NCBI GenBank assembly: GCA_963737265.1
Contig: CAVTRY010000025.1
Coordinates: forward strand, 1 to 59,653
Source of the DNA: an uncultured delta proteobacterium
Lineage (GTDB): Bacteria; Myxococcota_A; Polyangia; Fen-1088
Length of the DNA: 59,653 bases
Direction: 5' to 3'
Below are positions 40,321-50,047 of this stretch, in pieces. A program made the translations under genes and the position numbers. The notes below the pieces were generated by a model, which did no database searches, had not been told where the DNA came from, and was given only the letters and a program-made list of their open reading frames with translations. The stretch's first letter is position 1. The number at the start of each line of letters is the position of its first letter.

Positions 40321-40352
40321 GTGGCAGGATGTCACGCGAGGCAGACTGCCAC
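40321..40352. promoter_or_regulatory. Tandem palindrome UAS copy 1
   Basis: GTGGCAggaTGTCAC-GC-GAGGCAgacTGCCAC. Confidence 0.8.
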
Positions 40353-40414
40353 GTGGCGGGGCGCTCGACCTTTGGATTTGCGTGCAAGGCTGCTGGGGAG
40401 TCTCGCGCAGTGAT

Positions 40415-40430
40415 CGGCATGCGGTTTGCT
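40415..40430 (+). promoter_or_regulatory. Sigma54 promoter
   Basis: CGGCATG-CGGT-TTGCT, followed by GGAGG RBS and ATG 40464. Confidence 0.75.
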
Positions 40431-40463
40431 GCGCACTTGCACCGAGGAGAAAGGGAGGACGCC

Positions 40464-40720
40464 ATGGCCCGCAGTCTGAGGATGACATTGTGATGGGCGT
40501 ACGCAGCTCATTCTTCCTGATGGTCTTCCGCCGCAATGCTGCTCGCCAACGGCGGATGCAGGAAGCAGGTGAGCAGGGGCGTTCTCAGAATTTGCCGGCG
40601 CAGTCTCCAGGACCTTTAAGAGACCTCGACCGACCAAATTGCGACAGTGAGCGCATTGAAGGAGCAGCTAGCCCAGCCCCTGGCCAAGGTGAAAGCAAAC
40701 CGGGAGATTGAACAGCCTGC
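40464..40720 (+). pseudogene. Nonsense-disrupted paralog of the 53698-54030 coiled-coil lipoprotein
   Basis: MARSLRMTL*..*..AMLLANGGCRKQVSRGVLRICRRSLQDL*..SALKEQLAQPLAKVK aligns with MTRTLKTL..FLLVSAGCEDKESQEALKTCRNDL..DLKAQLAQAEAKIE. Confidence 0.72.
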
Positions 40721-40732
40721 CCCCGAAATTCC

Positions 40733-43693
40733 TCAGCTAGCTGAGATGCCAGGGCGATGTCGCATCCGATGTCCGCGGCTAGCGCGACGGTCGGCCGGCG
40801 CCTTGGCGCGATCGTCGACCGTCGGTGAGCCCTTGGCGCGATATTCTCGCCTGGCTGGCTCGATGAGGTCGCCTTCTTGATTTCGGTCCTCGACTGTAGC
40901 GAGCCTGTTCAGCGCCGGCTGGGTGCTCGCGCGATCTCCCACGACGACCACCAGCAGATTGTCTGGCCTGAAGTACTTTTGCGCCATCCGGCGCACTTGC
41001 TCCAGGCTGACCGCCGCGATCTGGCGGACGAAGGTGCCGAGCTCCGTGGGCGGTAGATTGTATACCGACAGGGTGGCCATTTGCGTTGCGAGCTGGCTGG
41101 CGGTGGCAAAGCGAGCGGGAAAGGCACCGATGATTTCAGCCTTGGTATCGGCGAGCTCTGCGCTAGTCACGTCGCCGGTGCGCATTCGGCCCATTTCCTC
41201 CAGGATTTCCTTCACCGCATCGGCCGTGTGCTCAGCCACGAACTCGCCGCTTACTGTCCATGACCCGGCCGCACGTCTGGCATCGAATCGCGAGGTCACG
41301 CCGTAGGTCCATCCCTTGTCTTCACGCAGATTCATGGCTAGGCGCTTGAACGCACCACCCAGTATTTGATTGGCCACCAGGGCGCCGTAGTAATCCAGAT
41401 TGTTGCGCTCGATGCCGGGTAGGCCGATGCGAATCGACGATTGTGGTGCGCCGGGTTTGTCGACTAGGACAAGGCGTAACTTGTGGGACGCGTCGACTTT
41501 GGGCAGATCGATTGAGGGAACCTTCTTCCGCCGCCAACTCGCCAGCAGGGGCTCGATCTTGGTGCGCACTTGCTCTTCGGTAATATCACCGGCAACGGCC
41601 AGTACGGCGTTGTTAGGTCTGTAGAAGGTCTCGTAGAAATGCTGTAGTTCGCCGCGCCGGAGCCTTCTGAGCGACTCCTCGGTGCCCGAATCAGGCCACG
41701 CAAAGGGATGCCCATCGCCCCACAGCGCGCGCGAGAACACCTGGCTTGCCACGACGGGCGGATAGTCCGTGCGCAACGCCAGCGAAGAAATCAGGTTGCC
41801 CACGACCCGTCTGAGATCTTCTTCGGCGAAGGCGGGACCTAGCAAGACGTCAGCCCAAATGAGGATGGCTTGGTCCAGGTTCTCGGTGAGCGTGCTCAGC
41901 GCGACTCCAGAGGAGTCCCAAGTAGCATAGGTCGTCAGGGTTGCTCCGAGCCGCGCAACCTCGCTTGCGATTTGAGTCGACGTGCGTCGGTGGGTTCCCT
42001 CGTCGAGCATATCCGTGACCAAGCTGGCCAGCCCCGCCTTGTCCGTTCCGTTTGCACTGCTTCCCGTCTTCACGATCATGTCCATATCGACGAGAGGCAG
42101 CTTGTGCGATTCGGCCAAGATGACTTGCAGGCCATTCTTCAAACCGAAACGCTTCACCGCCGGCACCTTGAACGGTTCTATCTTTCCCGGCGGTGGAATC
42201 GTTTCGCGGAAGGCGGCATCGGGAGTCGTGCGCAGTGGCGTCTCGCTTGGTTCGGCTCGCGGCGGGATTCGATTATCCACCGATACTGGTCTGCTCGCAC
42301 TCTGCGTGGTTGCCCGTATCAACCGTCCCATGATGGGAGCGCTCGGATTTGGTTCGACATCGATCACTACGCGTTGGTTCTTGGTGAGTATTTTCTTCGC
42401 CCAGATTCCAAGAGATTCCGGAGTTGCTCTTTCGTAGCGTTGCAGATCCTGGCTCAGGTAGGCCGGGTCATCCGCGAACACGTCATAGTAGAGCAGGCGA
42501 GATGCCAGACCAGACAGCGTTTCCATGCTCTGCAGAAGGCCGGTCTTGATTTGATTCTTGGCCCGCTCGACCTCCTCGCGCGAGGGTGGCCGGGCGAGCA
42601 GCCCGTCGAGCTCCTCGTCGATGACACGCTCAACTTCGGTCAGGCTGTGTCCCTTCATGGGGGTGTAGTCGATTTCGAAAGTACCGCAGTACATGCGACT
42701 CAAATGGGTCACCGACACGGATTCCGCGATTTTGAGGTCATGGACGAGCAGCCGGCAGAGGCGGGAGCTCTTACCCTCGCCAAGAATATTGGCCAGCATG
42801 TCCAATTCGGCGTCGCCAGGCATGAACACCGGCACCGTATTCCACGCCATCTGGCCATAGGGAAGATTGATCTTGGCTTCCATGGCCAGCCGACGCTCGG
42901 CCTGCTGTGGCGGAATGGCCGGAGTGGGCGAGCGCTGCATGGGCGGTCCCGCCGTGATGGGGCCGAAGTACTTTTCGATGAGGCCCTTGGTCGCGGCAGC
43001 GTCGATATCGCCAGCCACGAGCAGCACGGCGTTTCCAGGTGCATAGAAGCGATTGTAGAAGTCCTTCAAATCCGCTTCGGAGGCTGCATTGAGATCTGCC
43101 ATTGAGCCCACGACCTCATGGCGGTAGGGGTGACCCACGGGGAAGAGCGCCTCCAACTGGACACGAGCGACTCCGCCAAGGGGGACGTCTTCTACAGTTT
43201 GGCGACGTTCGTTTTCCACGACGTCGCGCTCGGTGGCGAAGTTCTTTCCGAAAGCAGGGTGGTCCAGCAGGAATCCCATGCGCGAGCTTTCAAGCCACAA
43301 TCCAAGCTCAAGTTGCGATGCCGGCAGGGTTTCGAAGTAGGCCGTCCGATCCGTATCGGTGGCACCATTTCGTGCAGAAGCCCCGGCTTTCGCCAGATAT
43401 TTGAAATACGCACCTTTGGGGATCTGCTTGGTGCCCTCGAACATCATGTGTTCGAACAAGTGAGCGAATCCGGTTCTGCCGGGGCTCTCGTCTTTCGAGC
43501 CGACCTTGTACCAAACCTCGACGTGAGCCATGGGGACGCTGTGATCGACATGCAGCAGAACTTCGAGCCCATTGGCCAAACGGTGCTGTTCAAACGAAGT
43601 GTCGAGCGCCGCATCGGCAGGTGGCGAATGGAAGAGCAGGTAGGCGACTCCCCAGGCGAATGGCAAGGCAGACTTGAACTGACGCAAGGTCAT
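40733..43693 (-). CDS. M16 (pitrilysin/PqqL-like) zinc protease, secreted, single-chain
   Basis: Signal peptide, GFAHLFEHMMF (HxxEH), second inactive M16 half. Confidence 0.95.
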   Translation of the reverse strand: MTLRQFKSALPFAWGVAYLLFHSPPADAALDTSFEQHRLANGLEVLLHVDHSVPMAHVEVWYKVGSKDESPGRTGFAHLFEHMMFEGTKQIPKGAYFKYLAKAGASARNGATDTDRTAYFETLPASQLELGLWLESSRMGFLLDHPAFGKNFATERDVVENERRQTVEDVPLGGVARVQLEALFPVGHPYRHEVVGSMADLNAASEADLKDFYNRFYAPGNAVLLVAGDIDAAATKGLIEKYFGPITAGPPMQRSPTPAIPPQQAERRLAMEAKINLPYGQMAWNTVPVFMPGDAELDMLANILGEGKSSRLCRLLVHDLKIAESVSVTHLSRMYCGTFEIDYTPMKGHSLTEVERVIDEELDGLLARPPSREEVERAKNQIKTGLLQSMETLSGLASRLLYYDVFADDPAYLSQDLQRYERATPESLGIWAKKILTKNQRVVIDVEPNPSAPIMGRLIRATTQSASRPVSVDNRIPPRAEPSETPLRTTPDAAFRETIPPPGKIEPFKVPAVKRFGLKNGLQVILAESHKLPLVDMDMIVKTGSSANGTDKAGLASLVTDMLDEGTHRRTSTQIASEVARLGATLTTYATWDSSGVALSTLTENLDQAILIWADVLLGPAFAEEDLRRVVGNLISSLALRTDYPPVVASQVFSRALWGDGHPFAWPDSGTEESLRRLRRGELQHFYETFYRPNNAVLAVAGDITEEQVRTKIEPLLASWRRKKVPSIDLPKVDASHKLRLVLVDKPGAPQSSIRIGLPGIERNNLDYYGALVANQILGGAFKRLAMNLREDKGWTYGVTSRFDARRAAGSWTVSGEFVAEHTADAVKEILEEMGRMRTGDVTSAELADTKAEIIGAFPARFATASQLATQMATLSVYNLPPTELGTFVRQIAAVSLEQVRRMAQKYFRPDNLLVVVVGDRASTQPALNRLATVEDRNQEGDLIEPARREYRAKGSPTVDDRAKAPADRRASRGHRMRHRPGISAS

Positions 43694-43707
43694 GACAGAT
43701 GGTGACT

Positions 43708-43723
43708 AGCACGAGTCATGCCG
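43708..43723 (-). promoter_or_regulatory. Sigma54 promoter of the M16 protease
   Basis: CGGCATG-ACTC-GTGCT on the minus strand. Confidence 0.6.
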
Positions 43724-43794
43724 AGACGTGGCTCTCGTAACCACGGTTGGCGTCATGGTCGGGTGTCGAGAGGGCTGGCCGAACGGTTGACAGC

Positions 43795-43826
43795 GTAGCG
43801 AATTGTCACGTGAGGCGGGGCGCCAC
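43795..43826. promoter_or_regulatory. Tandem palindrome UAS copy 2 (between divergent promoters)
   Basis: GTAGCGaatTGTCAC-GT-GAGGCGgggCGCCAC. Confidence 0.72.
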
Positions 43827-43878
43827 GCCAGATCTGCCCATCGCGCGGCCCGGAGGGGCCAAAGACTTCCATCCCGAG

Positions 43879-43894
43879 TGGCACGTCGAATGCA
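43879..43894 (+). promoter_or_regulatory. Sigma54 promoter of receiver protein 1
   Basis: TGGCACG-TCGA-ATGCA. Confidence 0.78.
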
Positions 43895-43920
43895 GTTTGA
43901 ATCACTGATGGGGGAGCACG

Positions 43921-44388
43921 ATGGAAACGAACAGCGACTTGGAAATGAGTTTGGGGACGAGGGCGCCGAGGGGGCCAGGCAAGACTCTCAAACGGCGATC
44001 GCGCGTGCTTATCGCGGAAGATGACTGGGGCTTCAGGGACATGCTGCTTTTCGCCTTCGAGGACGAAGGCTGCGAAGTCGTGGCAGTGGGCGACGGCGCT
44101 TCCCTGCTTCAAGTCCTCGCATCCTCAATGCTCCCGAAGTCTGGCGTAAAGCCGTTCGACCTGGTTGTGTCCGACGTGAGAATGCCGGGATGGAGCGGTC
44201 TTACAGCCCTGGAAAAGCTCAGCCAAGACCCAAAGGTACCTCCGGTTGTCGTGATCACGGCCTTCGGCAGCGAAGAAGTCCACGAGCGAGCCGCGCGAGC
44301 CGGGGCAGCGGCGGTGTTGGACAAGCCTTTCGATATTCCAGACTTGACGGCCATTGGTCGTCGCGTGATCGCCCAGCACGCGGCATAG
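43921..44388 (+). CDS. Single-domain response regulator (receiver) 1
   Basis: VLIAEDD, SDVRMPG, ITAFG, DKPF. Confidence 0.93.
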   Translation: METNSDLEMSLGTRAPRGPGKTLKRRSRVLIAEDDWGFRDMLLFAFEDEGCEVVAVGDGASLLQVLASSMLPKSGVKPFDLVVSDVRMPGWSGLTALEKLSQDPKVPPVVVITAFGSEEVHERAARAGAAAVLDKPFDIPDLTAIGRRVIAQHAA

Positions 44389-44441
44389 CGTGGGAAATGC
44401 ATACGGTGGCGACCCACTCGGTTTGCAATTGACGCTCGCTC

Positions 44442-44612
44442 ATGAGTATCGGCGCGATCACCTTCGACAGTCCGCCGAGCGGGCCTAACGAGGCGGTCCG
44501 AGTTGCCGATGCCCTCACGCATGAGGCGAAGCGATCAGGCAAGGATCGCGTTGTCCACGCCACGGCAGGCAGCGCCGATCAACGCCTCAAAGAAGAGCGA
44601 CATGTAGCGTGA
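44442..44612 (+). pseudogene. C-terminal remnant of a GGDEF diguanylate cyclase
   Basis: Manual translation MSIGAITFDSPPSGPNEAVRVADALTHEAKRSGKDRVVH matches the SIG..AD..Y.AK..G.NRV tail; no GGDEF motif upstream. Confidence 0.75.
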
Positions 44613-44651
44613 AGCTGCTTCTCCACCAATATCAGGGAAGGAATCTCGAAT

Positions 44652-45110
44652 ATGAAACTCGACGACTTGAAGTTGATCCTGGTTCCAACGGACTTTTCCG
44701 AAGCCTCGGAGGTAGCCTTGAACGCCGCGGTCAGCCTGGCCCAGACCTTCCACGCCGCGATCGAGATCCTGCACGTCGACTTGAATCCGGTGTTGGTCTT
44801 ACCCCCGCCCGGCGACGTCTTCGCGATGCCGATCGTGATGGAGGGTCTGATGTCTCGCGCCGCGGAAAAGGTGGAGCGGATCGTGACCGAGGTGCGCGAG
44901 AAGAAAGTCGTTTGTAATGGAGCCTCCGAGATGGGGCGGACCTACACGTCCATCGTCGAGCACGCCATTCGGATCGGCGCTGGCTTGATCGTGATGGGCA
45001 GCCATGGGCGGCATGGCCTCGGCCATCTGCTGCTTGGCGGCGTTGCCGAAAAGGTCGTGCAACACGCGCCCTGCGCCGTCTTGGTCGTGCCAGTCGATCC
45101 CAAGGCCTAG
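44652..45110 (+). CDS. Universal stress protein (Usp)
   Basis: ILVPTDFSEAS, LIVMGSHGR, LLGGVAEKVVQHAPCAVLVV. Confidence 0.95.
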   Translation: MKLDDLKLILVPTDFSEASEVALNAAVSLAQTFHAAIEILHVDLNPVLVLPPPGDVFAMPIVMEGLMSRAAEKVERIVTEVREKKVVCNGASEMGRTYTSIVEHAIRIGAGLIVMGSHGRHGLGHLLLGGVAEKVVQHAPCAVLVVPVDPKA

Positions 45111-45151
45111 GCGCTCGCTCTCAAGTGGGCGTTTGGATGGTTCGGACGTTA

Positions 45152-45344
45152 CTACAGGCGGTCTTTCGATGAGAATATGACGGCGCCTGCGTCCCTTTCG
45201 ACACCGGACGCCTGTTCGCGTGCGTGTGCCACGGCGTCTAGCTCTTCCTTGATCCTCGGGAAAGCGTAGCGCACTTGGCCGGCGCCGTCGGTGACCACAT
45301 CACCGCCCAGTACGACCAGCGAGCGGTCCAATACCTCGGCCGTG
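45152..45344 (-). pseudogene. 3' end of an unknown gene fused to the TPR fragment
   Basis: ..LGGDVVTDGAGQVRYAFPRIKEELDAVAHAREQASGVERDAGAVIFSSKDRL* reads as real protein in a different frame from the TPR fragment. Confidence 0.55.
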
Positions 45345-46542
45345 CGAATAGATGGCCAACTCGTCGTTCGCGTGGTGATCGATGATATCGGCGAAGAGCT
45401 TGATGGCGTCGTCGAAATGGTTGTAGTCATAGAAGACACGCGCCTTGCGGTACTTGATTTTGACCAGCTCGGGCGCATCGGGCACGTACTTGATATAGGT
45501 GTCGAAAGCCTCAATCATCTTGTGCTGGTACTCGGGGATAGGCCGCGGCTCGAGGTTGTTCTCTCTTCCCTTCTCCTTGTCCACGCCTTCACCCTCGTCG
45601 CTGATGTTGAGAGCGTTCTTCCATGCCAGCACGGCGGCGTAGGCTGCCTCTTTCACATACTTGCCCTTGGGATCCAGCCTGACGACCTTCGTGTAGACCT
45701 CGGCTGCTTCTTTCCAATCATTCATCTGCCATAGAATCTCGCCGTAGTAGAAGGTGATCTCCGGGGTGTCCTTTTCGTTGGCAAAGTGGCTCAAGAACTC
45801 CTTGTAGACCATTCCCGCCAGTTGGTACGTGTCGGCGTTCTTGGTCCGCTGCGCTTCCTTGTGCCAGATCAGCGCCAGCTCTTTCGCGGTGTCATGGTAC
45901 ACGTCTTTGCATTCGCTCATGAGGTCCTTCTTGACGTCCTGTCTTTTGGCCAGTGCCTCGTAGACGTTGCCCAGCCGCTTGAGCTCTTGTACCTGGTCCC
46001 TCTTGTTGCCGCTCAACAAGGTGTTGCGCAGGATCTTGTCCTGCCATTCGCAAAGACGCGTCGATCCTTCGTTGAGCGCGATAATCTTGCGATAGATCTT
46101 CGACGACTCGGGAAACATGCCTTGTTCCCAATAGAGCTCGGCCAGCGCATCTAGCATCTTGGGTGCGTCGTCGCCGCCCATGCGTTCGAAGAACTCCCAA
46201 GCCTTGTCGGGACTGGCCCCTGGCGTTCGTCCATAGGCCTTGACCAGAATCCTTTTTTGCCTCTCGTTCGAGAGGCACGGCCTGGTTCTTGGGGATCTTC
46301 CCATTTTGACAGAGCTGGATGACCTTGACGAAGATCTCAAGGGCGTTCTTGAAGTTGCCCAAGTTGATTTCGACCCAGCCCTTCTTGTACAGGGCGTAGC
46401 CGAACACGGAAGAGCCCGTGAACTCGGTGACCTTCTCGTAGAACTTGCCTGCGTTCTCCATCTCGCCCTTTTGGAAATAGAGCTCGGCGAAGGACAGGTA
46501 GGCGTTCGGGACGTACTTGGACTGAGGATAGTCCTTGAATAG
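45345..46542 (-). pseudogene. Internal, frameshifted fragment of a large TPR protein (GltD/AgmU-like gliding protein)
   Basis: LFKDYPQSKYVPNAYLSFAELYF..YALYKKGW..EAKKD/LVKAY..WHKEAQRTK..EAAYAAVLAW..; 1-bp insertion near 46248; no in-frame start and no natural end. Confidence 0.75.
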
Positions 46543-46583
46543 GCTTCATGGTTCCTCCTTCTGGAGAGGCCTTTTCCAAGCCG

Positions 46584-46599
46584 TGCATTCTCGATACCA
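46584..46599 (-). promoter_or_regulatory. Sigma54 promoter before AAGGAGG-ATG(46549)
   Basis: TGGTATC-GAGA-ATGCA on the minus strand. Confidence 0.68.
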
Positions 46600-46644
46600 A
46601 TTGGCGAGAAGGACTCGTCAAGGACGACGCCATTTCGAAGCAGC

Positions 46645-46676
46645 GTGGCAATCAGTCCCGCGTGGCAAATCGCCGC
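46645..46676. promoter_or_regulatory. Tandem palindrome UAS copy 3 (degenerate)
   Basis: GTGGCAatcAGTCCC-GC-GTGGCAaatCGCCGC. Confidence 0.65.
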
Positions 46677-47150
46677 GTGGCAGAGAATCGCGTGCGCATG
46701 CGATCCCAGACCGAGAAGGACTCGAGGCGCATCTCGGCGAGCTTTCCCTTGGGAATGCTGACCAGCGTGCGATCAAGGGTCCGGATCCGGGGTCGAGCAA
46801 AGTCGGCTCGCCTCGACAGTGCCAACGCAATCCTCAACACGCACGAAGTCGCCCGCGCGAAACGGCCGGTCAGGGCGAATCCTTGACAAGTTTGTCTTCA
46901 GGCGCGACCACACCTACGCTGGGCTGGCGCTCGAAGGCGAGCCGGTCCAGGCTCCTTTGCCTGCGGTTATCACACCCGCCACGATCGACGCGATAGCGCA
47001 CCAACTGGCCGGATGCGTGTCAGCCAACGGGATCTCCGTTTCTGTTGCGGACTGTGCCATGGCCGTCGCGAAGTGGGGTTCCTCGCCTTCATCACGTGCA
47101 GTGAAAAGCGCGCTTCCCAATGGGACGCGCCTGGCAGAGGCCGGAGATCT

Positions 47151-47182
47151 GTGGCAAGCCGCCTCGCGAGGCGTGCGGCCAC
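47151..47182. promoter_or_regulatory. Tandem palindrome UAS copy 4
   Basis: GTGGCAagcCGCCTC-GC-GAGGCGtgcGGCCAC. Confidence 0.72.
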
Positions 47183-47225
47183 AGTCGTTTGCGGAATTCG
47201 TGGCCGCTTTGGCGAGCAGATTGGC

Positions 47226-47241
47226 AGGCACTCTTCATGCA
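47226..47241 (+). promoter_or_regulatory. Sigma54 promoter of receiver protein 2
   Basis: AGGCACT-CTTC-ATGCA. Confidence 0.62.
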
Positions 47242-47254
47242 CAGACCTGGTGGC

Positions 47255-47722
47255 ATGCAAACTTCGACGCGAGACAGTTCAGACTCCGACGGTATCTCGA
47301 TGCGTAAGGCACGCGGGGGAAAGACTGTCCGTCGCTTGGGCCCCCAGCGACTGCTGCTCGCCGAAGATGACGGTCCGTTTCGTTTTCTGCTCACGTCGGC
47401 CCTGCGCAAAGACGGGTACCAGATTGTCGCCGTATCCAACGGTGTGGATCTGATGGATATCCTCGGCGATTCGCTTAGCCCGGACGGCACTTTCGCCGCC
47501 TTCGACCTCATGCTCTCTGACCTTCGCATGCCGGGATGGCCGGGGCTAGAAGCCTTGGCCAAGGTGGGACGCAATCCCGGCATGCCGCCGTTCATACTTT
47601 TCACTGCGTTTGGCGACGAAGATACCCACAAGCGCGCGCTTGAAATTGGCGCCCTGACCCTACTCGACAAACCATTCGATATCGACTACCTGCGCGAGCT
47701 TGCGGCGCTGGTGCTTGGCTAA
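47255..47722 (+). CDS. Single-domain response regulator (receiver) 2 (start 47255 or 47300)
   Basis: LLLAEDD, SDLRMPG, FTAFG, DKPF. Confidence 0.9.
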   Translation: MQTSTRDSSDSDGISMRKARGGKTVRRLGPQRLLLAEDDGPFRFLLTSALRKDGYQIVAVSNGVDLMDILGDSLSPDGTFAAFDLMLSDLRMPGWPGLEALAKVGRNPGMPPFILFTAFGDEDTHKRALEIGALTLLDKPFDIDYLRELAALVLG

Positions 47723-50017
47723 TCACAGATTCGTCCCAATATTTCCTATGGAAATGCTGGGGCCGAACAGTAACGACCAGTGGGTCGCGTCGCTATGGGC
47801 AACGCCGTCCGGGGAGGTGTATGCATAGGCGGCTCGGAATTCGTAGGCGCCCCACAGATGGACGCCTACCGCGGCGCCTTGGCCGACCTCGACGCGCAGT
47901 CCGATCCCGAGCAGCGTGACCAGGGTCGGGGGAAACGGCAGTGTGTTGATGTATTGCTGAGGAATAAGGCTCGCGCCAAGCACGCCAGTTTCGAGTCCCA
48001 GCAAGCCTTCCTTGCCCTGTCGGTTGAGCCAAGTCAGGCGGCCGAGCACGCCGAAGTTGAGGGTCATGGAGGCCGCCGGCTGGTTGATGCGGTAGAGACC
48101 GGCCGGAACATTGAGGCTGACGTAGAGGCGAACGTGGCCGCCCTCGACAGTCGCTGACCATTGTACCGAAGGTGGCTCCTGTTTTCCGCTGGTGTCCAGA
48201 ACGTAGCGAGTTTCGTCGACGACATGGGACAGCCTGACCTCGATCTGGTCGAATTGTTCGGTGATGCCCTTGAGAAAGAAAACCCGCGGCTCGCCCCCGG
48301 GCCTGAGCACCATGTGTTCGTTCACGCTGGCGTCCGAGCGCTTGCCCCCGCTCGCCTTGGTGACTTCGATCTCGAGAACGATCTGCTGCTGTCCGTCTTC
48401 AGGCGATACGCGCTCTTGGTGGATGACCACTCGGCACGTTGCCCGAGCAGAGTATGGAATGCGCGCGGGTTTGCCCGGAATGAGGGCGTGGGCATTACCG
48501 TGAGCGTCGGCACATAGGAATTCGGCGATGGGATCCTTGCGTGTTGCTGTGGCGTCGAACGCAACGGGAACGCTGGCCTCGCGCAGCGGACGCTCCACGG
48601 TTTCGCTCAGAATGGCCAGGTTCACATCGGAAAACTCCTTGGGCAAGTCATCGCGACGATAAGCGTAGCGCAAGCTCACGAACCCGCCGCTCTTTCGGTT
48701 TCCACGTAGAAGGTTGCGATCCTTCTCGGTACGCAGGGTGTAGGCACCAGGAAGCTCAAGAGGCAAGAACCTCGCGTGGGGCACACCACCCACGGACCAC
48801 AAGGCATCGCGATTGGTCGGTATGAAATCGATGGGACTGTGGCCAGGCAGTTCCAGCGTCGATTCCGGTCGCGGCGCTGGCGCGGTCGGGGTCGTCACCG
48901 AACCCAATACCCCGGCCACGGAATCCGCGCGCGTCGCCGAGATGGTGACGCTTCCACCCGCAAGCTGCTCCGTACGCAAGAGCACATAGTCACCGTCACT
49001 GGTGTGAACGGTGCGGACAATCTCCGCGGGTTCGGTGCCGACGGACCAGCGCAGTCGGGCGCTGCTTCGGCATCGCTCGGCTACCTTGACCAGAATCTGG
49101 GGTTCATCCGCGTCGCGCAGGGGTGGGCCAGAAACCACGGTGATCGGGCAGCGTAGAATCGTGAAGGTGCCAGCCGTGCTACTTTCCGTCCGGTCTCCGC
49201 GGCTGATGGCGAAACGTGGTGACAGACGTGCTGTGACGGCGATCTGGGTCGACTGCGCCGGGACGCCGCGAACCAGAATCCCGCCTTCGCCCAGTTCGCA
49301 ACGGGCCAAACCGCAGTCGACACTGGCGATCGCTTCCGGATGCACCAAAGGCAAGACGCCCATTCCCTGCGAGACGTCCAGGGATTCCGTCGCGGCGAAT
49401 ATCTGCCCAACGACGGTACGCGCGGGCCTGAGCTTGAACGAGGCGACGTCCACACGCTGTCCTTGGCTGTCGAAGGTGGTCACGTCTGGACCGTCCTTGG
49501 CGTATGCCGGCAGCCAGCGAAACGCGGTGTCGAAGGGGAGCTTGCGGGCGAGCGGGATAGCACACTGCTGGAACTTGCCGGTGGCCGTTGGCGCAAGACA
49601 GGCTTCCTGGCCGCTGTGACTGGGCGACTGCCACAGGATTTGACTTTGTTCGACATTCGTTCCCTTGAATTCGAGGCGGCCTTCGTCGGGATAGAAGGCA
49701 ACGCTTGAAGGGTCGATATCGGGCCAGCGGCCGACAGCGATCAAAGTCAGCGCGGATTTTGCGTGCGCGCAGCCATTCGGATCCGCGGCCACCTGGACTT
49801 CGACGGTCCGGTTGGAGACACTTGCGGCTTCGGGCGGGCGCACCGACTGGCGATCTCCAGAGGATGTCCACCCGTCGGGTGAAGGACTGCAAAGCACGCG
49901 ATTCTTGCCAAGAGGGACTGCGTTGGCGCCCTCAGGAACTTGGAGGGTTTCAGCAAGCGCGACAGCATCGGCTAATGAAACGACGAAAACGACGGCAAGG
50001 AGAATGCGTTTTTTCAT
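47723..50017 (-). CDS. Secreted/outer-membrane hypothetical protein (764 aa)
   Basis: Signal peptide MKKRILLAVVFVVSLADAVALA; paired Cys; amphipathic beta-strand-like C-terminus. Confidence 0.85.
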   Translation of the reverse strand: MKKRILLAVVFVVSLADAVALAETLQVPEGANAVPLGKNRVLCSPSPDGWTSSGDRQSVRPPEAASVSNRTVEVQVAADPNGCAHAKSALTLIAVGRWPDIDPSSVAFYPDEGRLEFKGTNVEQSQILWQSPSHSGQEACLAPTATGKFQQCAIPLARKLPFDTAFRWLPAYAKDGPDVTTFDSQGQRVDVASFKLRPARTVVGQIFAATESLDVSQGMGVLPLVHPEAIASVDCGLARCELGEGGILVRGVPAQSTQIAVTARLSPRFAISRGDRTESSTAGTFTILRCPITVVSGPPLRDADEPQILVKVAERCRSSARLRWSVGTEPAEIVRTVHTSDGDYVLLRTEQLAGGSVTISATRADSVAGVLGSVTTPTAPAPRPESTLELPGHSPIDFIPTNRDALWSVGGVPHARFLPLELPGAYTLRTEKDRNLLRGNRKSGGFVSLRYAYRRDDLPKEFSDVNLAILSETVERPLREASVPVAFDATATRKDPIAEFLCADAHGNAHALIPGKPARIPYSARATCRVVIHQERVSPEDGQQQIVLEIEVTKASGGKRSDASVNEHMVLRPGGEPRVFFLKGITEQFDQIEVRLSHVVDETRYVLDTSGKQEPPSVQWSATVEGGHVRLYVSLNVPAGLYRINQPAASMTLNFGVLGRLTWLNRQGKEGLLGLETGVLGASLIPQQYINTLPFPPTLVTLLGIGLRVEVGQGAAVGVHLWGAYEFRAAYAYTSPDGVAHSDATHWSLLFGPSISIGNIGTNL

Positions 50018-50047
50018 GGCGTAATTCAAAGAGGCGGCAAAGTGCGA

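Noticed and set aside
46750-47100. Protein-like segment RILDKFVFRRDHTYAGLALEGEPVQAPLPAVITPATIDAIAHQL
   Set aside because: Probably another remnant, but it has no start, RBS or identifiable family, so it is not called.
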